A stretch of 64,000 bases of DNA from NCBI GenBank assembly GCA_000091205.1, contig AP006485.2, one strand, 5' to 3'. This document shows positions 41,832 to 50,846 of this stretch, piece by piece; position 1 is the first letter of the stretch; each line of letters starts with the position of its first letter. The DNA comes from Cyanidioschyzon merolae (Eukaryota). Position numbers and translations under genes: made by a program. Below the pieces are notes generated by a model. It was not told the DNA's origin and made no database searches. It saw only the letters and a list, made by a program, of their open reading frames with translations.

Positions 41832-42656
41832 TCAGTGACGATGCGTCAGGACGACACCGAGAACGATCGCTAGGATGATCAAGATCACTAAAACGATGAT
41901 ACAGCTCGCCGCGGCCACATTCTTTTGACACATGCGTTTCTTCAAGGTTCCCGACTGCCGCTGAAACGTACCCGCCGTATTCCGGAGCGCATCGGCCTGC
42001 TCCACGAGGTCATCCAAGCGTTCGCCACGCTCCAAGACGTCTTCGATGTTGCGCTGCATCACAGCGTGAATGTCACGAACCTCGCCCTGGAGCTGGGCGA
42101 TCTTGTCCTGCCTCGTTGTGTACGTCTGGGTCAGCGCTTTGAGCGTTGGGCGAAACGCAGCGTCCAGGGCGTCCGGTTTCGTCATTCTCCGCAGGTCAGC
42201 GGGCGCATATCGCGATTCAAACTGTTCACGTACTTGCTGTAGAAAATCAAAAGCCAGTTGTCTGGGGTACCCACGCAAACACACTGCCAAGTAGATGAGG
42301 TCCTGATGAACCTGAACGTGATACCCGACGTTTCCACTGTCGTACGAGGTGCGCACATCCGTCCCAGTCGGCGTTTTATTCAAAATTCGATCCGCAATTT
42401 CCTCGAACTTTGGGCGCTCTCCCGCACCGAGACCCTCCTGGATCGCTCGACGGTCCAGGTAGGTTACCAGACGCACGGAGCTATTCCCGACAGTGACGAA
42501 GAGGATGCGTCGCGGTGCGGGGGCTGGTCGCTCCGTCTGTCCAGCACTGTCGTCGCTGCTGCGTGCCTTGCTCAAGTTTGCGTCATCACTATTCGAAACG
42601 GAGAGAGCGTTCGTCCCTTTTGAAAGGGAGGTGTTTGCCGCAGTAGTGCGCTCCAT
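41832..42656 (-). CDS. Longin-domain R-SNARE, VAMP7-like (longin plus synaptobrevin SNARE motif plus C-terminal TM)
   Basis: ATG at 42654-42656 ('MERTT...'). The longin region reads 'ILFVTVGNSSVRLVTYL...YLAVCLRGYPRQLAFDFLQQVREQFESRY'. The SNARE motif is 'LQGEVRDIHAVMQRNIEDVLERGERLDDLVEQADALRNTAGTFQRQSGTLKKRMCQKN' and the TM is 'AAASCIIVLVILIILAIVLGVVL'. Confidence 0.8.
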   Translation of the reverse strand: MERTTAANTSLSKGTNALSVSNSDDANLSKARSSDDSAGQTERPAPAPRRILFVTVGNSSVRLVTYLDRRAIQEGLGAGERPKFEEIADRILNKTPTGTDVRTSYDSGNVGYHVQVHQDLIYLAVCLRGYPRQLAFDFLQQVREQFESRYAPADLRRMTKPDALDAAFRPTLKALTQTYTTRQDKIAQLQGEVRDIHAVMQRNIEDVLERGERLDDLVEQADALRNTAGTFQRQSGTLKKRMCQKNVAAASCIIVLVILIILAIVLGVVLTHRH

Positions 42657-42865
42657 GAACTGCACACCCGTAATCCACGTTCAGGGAGGAAAGCGGACAG
42701 GCGCGTTCTGCTGTCGTTGGCATCGATCGTTTCCCCGTCGACTAGGACACGTCAGAGGTGTCGTCTCGAGTGACGTTCCCTTCGCCGCGGTCTTCCGTTA
42801 TTCGGGCACTTCTACCGAGGACGTCTGTGTTTATTGAAGGTTATTATTCATAAAACGAAAACTTC

Positions 42866-45800
42866 ATGAGAGGTAATGGCTTGGCTTGGTCTAGGTTGCT
42901 CTGGGGGCTCGTTTGGCTTGGAGTCGTGGTGTTGGCGTTCGCGAACCGAGCCACGGGGCAGCGTTATCCCCAGAGCACGTGGATCCTTGAAGAGCGAAAT
43001 CTACTTACACTGCGTCAGACCACACCACTGGAGCCAGTGCTGGGAAACAGCACTGCTGTACCCAGTGCGCGTGCATCGGTGACGGCGAGCGCGTCGCTCA
43101 ACCCGAACGCAACGCTGCTCTCGGTGCGACCCAGCGTTTCGGAGACGGGAACGCCATCGCCGTCAACAACCACAGCGACTCCAACGAGTACGGTGCTGCC
43201 GTCACCGCTGCCGTCGCCTAGCACAACGGCGACGAGCTCGCCGAGCCCGACGCCCATGGCAAGCAGCGGGCCCGCTGCAACCCCGAGTTTCCCGAGCCCG
43301 TCACCAGATACCGGTGTGGTGAACCTGCTGGCGAACTCGGGCAACGTCAGTCTATCATTGTATGAGAACAGAACGTTTCAGGAGGCGTTCGCACAAACGC
43401 TCGTGTCCAACCTGCAGAGCCAGTGCGTGCGGTGTCAGAACGCTTCAGCTATTCAATTAACCATGTTCAGGTACACATCTGGTTACTTTCGCCTGAATCA
43501 CTCCAACAGCTCCCGAAACAACACCTCGGATACCAGTGGCAATGGAGGCAACGGGCCGGTAACGGCACCGGTGCTGACCAACCGTCGACGCCGCATGCTT
43601 CAAACCTGGCAATGGCTCACTGGGAAGCGCTCGACCTCGCCTCCCGTGCAGAACATCGCTGGGTCTGTCGTTGGACGTGCCAGCAGCACCGCTGGATCCG
43701 GCACAAGCGACGGAACCGATGTTGCAGTGGCGTTGCAGGTGGCGGCGGACCCAGCGGATATACCCACGGTTGAGAATCGAACCTCGTCGGGGCTCCTGAC
43801 GGCGGTGCTCGCTACCAGTTCGAATATCACCAATGCCTCGATGCAGGTCGTCGCTCGCACCGCAGCGTTCGGTGAGGGTGCCGAGGACCCGTTCAAGGGC
43901 TCCGGGCTCGGTAGCGTCCACAGCGGGGCGGTGTCCACAGGTGCCATTGTGGGTGCAGTGATCGGCTCTGTGGCTGGCGTCCTGCTGGCGATGATCTTCG
44001 CCTTCATGCTTTGGAGACGGTGCCGACGCCAAGCGGCGAAGCAAGAGGCACTCCGCACCAAGGAGGCTGCCGAGGCAGCTGCCCGCAAGTATCGCGAGCA
44101 ACAGTCCGCTATGGCTGCTGCTGCCGCCGCTGCACAGCGCCTCTCGAGCGGCTCTGGTCGACCGATTCCACCAACATTACCGCAAGACCAGTCCGCTGGT
44201 GGAGACGCCGCATCACGTGCTCGCTATGCTGGCGTTGTGACGCTGCGGGAGCTCGCTCGAACGCGTATTCTCCAAGGCATGATGCGCATCGTGCAAGCTG
44301 CCGAGGCGGAGTCGAACGCTGCGTCTGCCGCACTCATTCGTAGCGATAACCAACGCAAACTGGTATTTTTGATCGTTGCAGATCGACGTGCGCTAGCGGT
44401 ATTGTCGGCAGCGTGTCGCTTGACAGACCTCATCCAAGAGGGTGCCTTCGTGGTGGAGTCGCTCGAGAGTGAGCGTGAGCCATTGCCGCGCATGTCGGCG
44501 GTGTATTTTGTAGCGCCGGAGCTAGCTTCATTCGATCGCCTTGTTGCCGACTTCCCGGATACGCAAACCGCAGCACATCCATCAGACGGGGCCGGTCAGC
44601 GCCTCGCTGACGCTGGTCCAGGGACGAGCGTCAGCCGCACGGCGCCAAGGAGCGCTGGGTCCGGCCCCGAGAGCGGCGCTGCGGGGCGTCTGGCGGCGAG
44701 TCCCGCGAACGCGCGTACACCACGGGCTCGCTGGGGTTCGGGCGCTGCACCCGGGCCACCCGGCGCTACCACGACAGCTTCGGGGCCACGCTATCGAGCG
44801 GCACATGTGTTCACCACGGCTCGCGTGCCAGATGCGCTGTTGGACCTTCTGCGGCAGTCGTCGTGTCTGGTCCAGCGGCTCTTGACGTTTACGGAGCTCA
44901 ACCTGGACTTTATGGCTATCGAGGAGCGCATCTTCTCCCTGGACTATCCGAATGCACTGGAGATGCTATTCGCCCCGGGCAGTGCCGCAGGTCACGATGA
45001 TGATCATGATGGTGCTGCGCTTCCAGGCTGGGCATCTGCCTGGGATGCACGCCCAGCAGCGTTGCAGCCGCCCCCAGGCGCCTGTTCGGATATGGTCCAG
45101 CGTATTGCCCAGAACCTGCTGACGCTCTGCCACCTTCTGGGCGAGGTGCCAACGATTCGCTACCAACGAAGCGAAAGCGGCGTTGCGCAGAGCATCGCTG
45201 AGGCGCTCCTCGACGCCATCCGAGACTACGAGGCCAATGTACCCGGCGGGATGCGTGGTGCGCAGCTGGAAGCGGCTGCCGTCGAGCAGAACGCCAGCAC
45301 CGCAGCAGCTCCCAGCGAGGACAAGTCCTCTGCTGGTACCAGCACCAATACCATGCTGCTGATTCTGGACCGTTCTGTGGATATGGTGGCTCCCTTTCTC
45401 CACGAATATACGTACCAGGCGATGTGCAACGATCTGCTAGCAGCGGATGCGCTGGATAGCGGCACCACGCGCTATACCTACGTGGTGCGTGAAGGCGACT
45501 CCACCGCCAGCACCACCCGGGAAGCCTTTCTGGACGAGTACGCTGACCAGACCTGGGCCCGTCTTCGTCATCTGCATATCGCGGACGCTATCAGCGAGAT
45601 CAGCGAGGAGCTGCAGGGAACTACAGTGCGTTCATTGGGCGCCGCGCTGCAGGGCGCCTCCGCTGCTCGAAACGCGCCCCCGGAGAGCACTGCCATGCCC
45701 TATGAACAGATGCAGAAACTGAGCAAATACGCGGTGCACATGGATATCCTAGATTGTCTGATGCATCGTTTCAATGATCGGTATCTTCAGCGTACCTCGC

Positions 45801-46933
45801 TTTGTGAACAGGATCTCGCGTGTGGTCTAGTGGATTGTCACGGGAACCTGCTCTCGTCGACAGAGGCAGCACAGCGGATTTCGTTGATCCTCCAGGATGC
45901 GCATGTGCCGCTGGAGGACAAGGTGCGCTTGTTGGCAATCGTGCTGGTCACCATGGATATGAGTGCACGTGATGTCGACGATCTCCTGGAGACCATGGAG
46001 GATGTGGGTCTAGGGCGAGAACTCGTGTCGGCGTTGCTACGTGCACGCCTGGGTGTGCATCTCGCCAAGGAGCCTGGTGAGTGCCAAGCGCTTGCGGAGC
46101 GTGCGCTGCGCTACTTTCGCGCAAGTCGTGGCGAATCCTACGATCTATCTCGCTATGTTCCGTTCCTGCGGGAAATCCTTGAAGCTATTGCGCGTGATCG
46201 TCTCTCGCGGAGTCGGTTTCCGATCCTCTTCAGTGCAGAGCGGGAGTCGGCAGGTCGCCAGCCCCCAGACGACGCGTTGACGCGAGGCCGCTCACGCTCG
46301 CTCTCGCGGGAGCGAGACGTTGCCGGTCGGGTACCTACGCGGAACCGCGCAGCCTCGGTACGCAGACGACGCTCATCATCGGTCGTGCGTCGTCGCTCTG
46401 ACTCTGCCGATGACCTGGAGCGCGGTTCAGGGCGAGAGCTCTCCAGTGCCAGCGAAGACGAAGCCGCTACCCTGAATGGAACCGAGCGGATTAGTGATAG
46501 CAAACGACCTCGTCGACGGGTGGTCGTCTTTATTGCTGGTGGCATGTGCGCGTCTGAGATGCGAGTTAGCTACGAGGTATCGGCGGAGTTGCCGCTGAAT
46601 GTGTACCTTGGAGCGACGCATGTGTTGACGCCTACTCGGATGCTTGAGGCACTGCGAGGCCTGAATCGCACGCTGTACGCTGGCGAGATGCAACGAGAAC
46701 GTCGACCAGTGAGTGCTTCAGAGCAGCGTCGTGGTGCACGTTCGACACCTGCGGTATGGCCACCACCGGGCGAGCCGAGTACCAGCGGCAACCTGCGACT
46801 GGGTACCGGGCTTGCCTCTGAAGCTGCCACCGCGTTTGATAGTGCCGCAACTCCTTATCCCTCGAATGACGGCTTTGCACCGCGCAGGCGTCGTTCAAGT
46901 AGTCTTTCGCGCTTTTTCAGCCGTCGGTCATAG
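42866..46933 (+). CDS. Sec1/Munc18 (SM) family protein as a single 1355-aa ORF, with an in-frame N-terminal signal peptide, S/T/P-rich mucin-like region and TM helix preceding the SM domain
   Basis: ATG at 42866 with signal peptide 'MRGNGLAWSRLLWGLVWLGVVVLAFA'. The TM and stop-transfer is 'GAIVGAVIGSVAGVLLAMIFAFMLWRRCRRQ'. SM motifs are 'RKLVFLIVADRRALAVLSAACRLTDLIQEGAFVVESLESEREPLPRMSAVYFVAPELASFDRLVADF', 'LLILDRSVDMVAPFLHEYTYQAMCNDLL' and 'RVVVFIAGGMCASEMRVSYEVSAELPLNVYLGATHVLTPTRMLEAL' (closest to the Munc18/Sec1 C-terminus). Confidence 0.75.
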   Translation: MRGNGLAWSRLLWGLVWLGVVVLAFANRATGQRYPQSTWILEERNLLTLRQTTPLEPVLGNSTAVPSARASVTASASLNPNATLLSVRPSVSETGTPSPSTTTATPTSTVLPSPLPSPSTTATSSPSPTPMASSGPAATPSFPSPSPDTGVVNLLANSGNVSLSLYENRTFQEAFAQTLVSNLQSQCVRCQNASAIQLTMFRYTSGYFRLNHSNSSRNNTSDTSGNGGNGPVTAPVLTNRRRRMLQTWQWLTGKRSTSPPVQNIAGSVVGRASSTAGSGTSDGTDVAVALQVAADPADIPTVENRTSSGLLTAVLATSSNITNASMQVVARTAAFGEGAEDPFKGSGLGSVHSGAVSTGAIVGAVIGSVAGVLLAMIFAFMLWRRCRRQAAKQEALRTKEAAEAAARKYREQQSAMAAAAAAAQRLSSGSGRPIPPTLPQDQSAGGDAASRARYAGVVTLRELARTRILQGMMRIVQAAEAESNAASAALIRSDNQRKLVFLIVADRRALAVLSAACRLTDLIQEGAFVVESLESEREPLPRMSAVYFVAPELASFDRLVADFPDTQTAAHPSDGAGQRLADAGPGTSVSRTAPRSAGSGPESGAAGRLAASPANARTPRARWGSGAAPGPPGATTTASGPRYRAAHVFTTARVPDALLDLLRQSSCLVQRLLTFTELNLDFMAIEERIFSLDYPNALEMLFAPGSAAGHDDDHDGAALPGWASAWDARPAALQPPPGACSDMVQRIAQNLLTLCHLLGEVPTIRYQRSESGVAQSIAEALLDAIRDYEANVPGGMRGAQLEAAAVEQNASTAAAPSEDKSSAGTSTNTMLLILDRSVDMVAPFLHEYTYQAMCNDLLAADALDSGTTRYTYVVREGDSTASTTREAFLDEYADQTWARLRHLHIADAISEISEELQGTTVRSLGAALQGASAARNAPPESTAMPYEQMQKLSKYAVHMDILDCLMHRFNDRYLQRTSLCEQDLACGLVDCHGNLLSSTEAAQRISLILQDAHVPLEDKVRLLAIVLVTMDMSARDVDDLLETMEDVGLGRELVSALLRARLGVHLAKEPGECQALAERALRYFRASRGESYDLSRYVPFLREILEAIARDRLSRSRFPILFSAERESAGRQPPDDALTRGRSRSLSRERDVAGRVPTRNRAASVRRRRSSSVVRRRSDSADDLERGSGRELSSASEDEAATLNGTERISDSKRPRRRVVVFIAGGMCASEMRVSYEVSAELPLNVYLGATHVLTPTRMLEALRGLNRTLYAGEMQRERRPVSASEQRRGARSTPAVWPPPGEPSTSGNLRLGTGLASEAATAFDSAATPYPSNDGFAPRRRRSSSLSRFFSRRS

Positions 46934-47926
46934 AGCGATCCAGAACGCAGTGTGTGATAGGGAGCCGGGCGTTGCACCAGGTGTCGCTGACGTGGCATCG
47001 CAGCGTCTGGGACGCGCCTGGCGTGCGACTCAAGCATCGTCGCTGGGAAACGAGTCCTCAACGGGTTCTAGCAACGTTCACTGCTTTCTGCGGTCTCGAG
47101 CCGCCATGCAACGTCTCCTCAGCGCGATGCAATCCAAGCTGGTGCTGGTGCTGGTGCTGGTGTGTCGCGAGGTGCAGGCACCGCGCAGGCCGGTTGCCTT
47201 GGTAGTTGCCTGCCGCTCTTCAAGACGCAATCAGTTGCAAAAGGCGGAAGCGGGTATCAGATCTGGTGCAACCACTGGTTTTAAACGGGTAGGTTGTCGT
47301 TCGTGCACTCGTTGGCGGGTGCTGCATCCTCAGGTGTCTCGCCGATGGCGACGTGCAGCAATAGGATATACGATTTCGTTTCGGAAACAGCCATTTTGGA
47401 TATTGAGAACAGCGACGCGCGGTACCGACCAGAAAAATCGCGTTCTCGCACCGACCTGGTAAGGCGTTTCACTGGTCATCCGTAGAGCATCGTAAACGGT
47501 CTAGTGCGTCCGTCGGCAAGCGTACAAAAGCATCCATATGAATGGATGCAACCAGACATAGAGACGAGCACGTTTGATTACAAACGTAAGTATATCCATG
47601 AGTGCAGGCGCGCGTCTACTCCTGACGAGTCCAGCGCACTCTTGACCATCGTCGGTGCGAAAGCAGCCACCAAGCGCCTGGTACCGTTCAAACTAAGGCG
47701 TATTGCGAGCGCACGATGTTCGGCGACAAGCCTCCCAGCGAGCACTGGAACGCATTCAAAGACGTCTTGCATCGTCGCAGAATGTGTCGAATAATCACCC
47801 AGCAAAAGCGAAGCGACGAGGCGGTGACTTGGATCGGTAACGCAAGCTCGGACGTGCTCGCTATACAGAATCGCATGCTGAGCATCTCACTGGTACGCGA
47901 GACAAGTGCGCAAACCTCATGGAGCG

Positions 47927-49753
47927 CTACGACGACGCCGCATCCAGGTCGCTGACGTTCTGAACGACCTGGAGTCGGCGTTCCAGTATCCGCCGCATTG
48001 GGCTTTCGTGTAAACGATCATGTGGACACTGATCCGACATGCAACGAAAGGTTATTTCCGGTGAAACAAAGCGTAAATTGCTCACCCGACTAGTGTACAG
48101 GCAAGCGTATTGCTCGACCTGCTCTGCAAACCTACTATTCTGATACCCGGTTTTGAAGAGTTGCCCCCATACTGGATGAAATCGCCGGTGATAGCGTTCT
48201 GTCTCTGCTGCGAGCGCCGCCTTGACCTCTCGGAGTTCTGTCTCGGCGGTTTCCACGCTCTGTCGAAGCGCTTCAATTCGCTGCCTTCGGGATGGATCCG
48301 CGTGTGGGTCCGCTTCGTGCTCGGAGCGCTCGTACTCGCAGTGAAGTTCCCATTCGGCACGGTCAATCATCTCATCGAGTTCGTCACGAAGTAGACGCAT
48401 ATCCCGCAGACGTTGGCGGTCCACCTCCGAGCGCAGCATTTCGTTGATTTCATCTGTTAGTTCGGGAATAATGAGCATGGTGCGCCAGCCCAGCTGGCGC
48501 TTGGAGCGTAAAATATCACTGAACATGTGATCACCCACGTACAGAACCTCGCTTCCGGAGTTCAAAGAGAGTATTTCCTGGAGGTGTGTGTAATTCCCGC
48601 CCTGCAGCACCTTACCCTCACGGAGAAACGCCTCGGCGTTGCCATCAATAACACCTTCAGTGTTGCTCAGGTAGCCTTCCTTGGATCTGGGATCGACTCG
48701 GTACATCCAAAGCCTCGGGTCCGTAAGGAAGGCAGGTTTGTTCGCGCCCACAATGACGACATCGAACAAATCCAACCAGTCCAGCTCGAGCAAACCAGGA
48801 GGATTCCCCATGAGGAAGTTCATCACCACATTCGTGTATTCCCAGAGCGAGTTCGTTAGGAGAAAGGTTTTGCGTCCAGAGCGTTTCAGTCGCTTCAACG
48901 TCGGGATCAAATGCGGGTCGTACTCGATGTATTTGGCGGGCTCCTCAGCGACGCGTCGCTTTATGGTGCCGTCTCGATGACACAGGTCGACTGCCCGACG
49001 CACATCACGATAGATTTGTTCATATGGTTTCTCGATGAGGTTCGGATACTGATCCTTAAACTCCACGAGCTTGCTGAAGAGGAACGCATCTGGCAGCGAG
49101 AAGAGCGTATCGACGACAGCAAAGTCCGGTTCGTTGAAGGCAGCCCAGTTGACCGCCGCCGGGTTATAGAGCGCATCCCGCTCTTGTTTGGATAGACGCT
49201 GGAAACCGTGAAATGCCAATTTGACGTACTTGTGGCGATCCATCTTGAGAATGTTGCCACGCTTTTTGTCGATGACAAGCCCCCGGATGTATGCCTGGGG
49301 ATCGTATGGTCGCAACTCGTCCAGAATCTCCCTCGGGTAACCAGCGTGAACAAGGCGGCGCAGGGCTCCCTCATAGGCGAGCGTCTCGAAGGTGTCCGCT
49401 TTGTAGTGCGCGAGCGTGTAGTCCATGTCGAAGCCGATAGCCTTTATGGAGCGCATCTTCAGAGAACGGTTACAGAATATTTCTCCCAGATAGTGCTGCT
49501 CATTTAAATGGGGAACAGCACTCCCGTCAGAGCCGTCACTGACCCTGTCATTGGACGGGGAACTGCGTCGCTTCTTGCTGCGCGCGACGACGGGCCTGTT
49601 CTGGGCCAGGTACCAAGTGGGTACGGGTGACCGTGCGCGCGGCGGCCGCGCTCCCACGACGACTGCTCCATGCCAACGATGTGCCCAGGTCCGATAGCTC
49701 CACCCAAACCAAGCACTCCTATTGCAGGATGCCCACGCTGTCTCGAGCAACAT
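47927..49753 (-). CDS. Cytosolic purine 5'-nucleotidase family (NT5C2 / NT5DC-like, HAD superfamily)
   Basis: ATG at 49753. Matches are 'IFCNRSLKMRSIKAIGFDMDYTLAHYKADTFETLAYEGALRRLVHAGYPREIL', 'KYVKLAFHGFQ' and 'LYVGDHMFSDILRSKRQLGWRTMLIIPEL' (the NT5C2 'FVNRSL..I...GFDMDYTLA.Y' signature). Confidence 0.8.
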   Translation of the reverse strand: MLLETAWASCNRSAWFGWSYRTWAHRWHGAVVVGARPPRARSPVPTWYLAQNRPVVARSKKRRSSPSNDRVSDGSDGSAVPHLNEQHYLGEIFCNRSLKMRSIKAIGFDMDYTLAHYKADTFETLAYEGALRRLVHAGYPREILDELRPYDPQAYIRGLVIDKKRGNILKMDRHKYVKLAFHGFQRLSKQERDALYNPAAVNWAAFNEPDFAVVDTLFSLPDAFLFSKLVEFKDQYPNLIEKPYEQIYRDVRRAVDLCHRDGTIKRRVAEEPAKYIEYDPHLIPTLKRLKRSGRKTFLLTNSLWEYTNVVMNFLMGNPPGLLELDWLDLFDVVIVGANKPAFLTDPRLWMYRVDPRSKEGYLSNTEGVIDGNAEAFLREGKVLQGGNYTHLQEILSLNSGSEVLYVGDHMFSDILRSKRQLGWRTMLIIPELTDEINEMLRSEVDRQRLRDMRLLRDELDEMIDRAEWELHCEYERSEHEADPHADPSRRQRIEALRQSVETAETELREVKAALAAETERYHRRFHPVWGQLFKTGYQNSRFAEQVEQYACLYTSRVSNLRFVSPEITFRCMSDQCPHDRLHESPMRRILERRLQVVQNVSDLDAASS

Positions 49754-50846
49754 GGAGCGCGCAGAACCCTATCGGTCGCTGAAGCGTAGCGGTACGGGAG
49801 CAGCTCACGAAACGCGCGCCGCAGCTGAGGGCGCACATTCGATTCGAGATTCGGCAAATAAAACAGTATAAAATTGTCATTAATGGGATGAAAGGTGTCC
49901 ACTGCTGGGATGATAGCTGTGAGGCAGACAGTGAGCGCTGCTTTGTAGCACGATACCAGTGCAGCGATAGTGAAGTCGCTGAAGCGTCAAACCCGCCGCT
50001 AGACCGAGGATAACGCGGTCAAGACTCGCGAGTATTGGGAAGATCGGTTTTGTACGGGGCTCCTCGGGCGCGATGCGCTCGTTCCAGCATAGCGGCAATG
50101 GGTTACAGCCTGCGTGACGTGCGTGACATTCTGCTCCGGGCTACTCGGCAGTGCGTCCGTTGTGCGCACTGGTACCAGTATGAAAGCGGAGTCGCGGACT
50201 GCGACTGTTAAGCGTGGGTGCACGATACCATCATCGGTGTCGGAAAGCTAATGTGTCTTTGTCTGGTGTTCGCAACGTGGTGCATCTGTACGCAGCAATG
50301 TCGATGAATAGAATACCATGCTCGATCAGTATTTACTTGGGAACGTTGCCCCGGGGGTACATAGATCGCCGTGCAGCCTTTCTGGATTACTGAATGATAC
50401 CACGCGAGTGTCTGGCTCAACACGTAATTCGAGTGCCATTTATCCTGGACAGTGAATTTGTTTCTCCGCAAGTCTCGCGCGTTTCCGAGCGATACGCGGA
50501 GTGAATTACGAACATTGAACTCGAAGCATCGCTCGATACGAAGCCGCTGGACGCTCACCAGACCCGACACATTTTCGTATTCTGATTGATGCAGTCAGGT
50601 GTCGATGCGGAAAAGATTTGCGCGCATGGTTGCTGGCGGAATCACTCCAGGATCGGTTTCAGACCTGCGACTACCACGCCATCTCAGGTTCGAACAGCTT
50701 ACCGTATACCATATCCGTGTATGCGCCTCTGTTTCATGCGCTCCCCGACCGTTTTCAGCGCAACCCGTGCTTGTGATGCATGTATTTCGTCCTGAACGCA
50801 TCGATGGGAATCCAGCAACTTCGATCGCTCCACTTGCTGTACGCTA

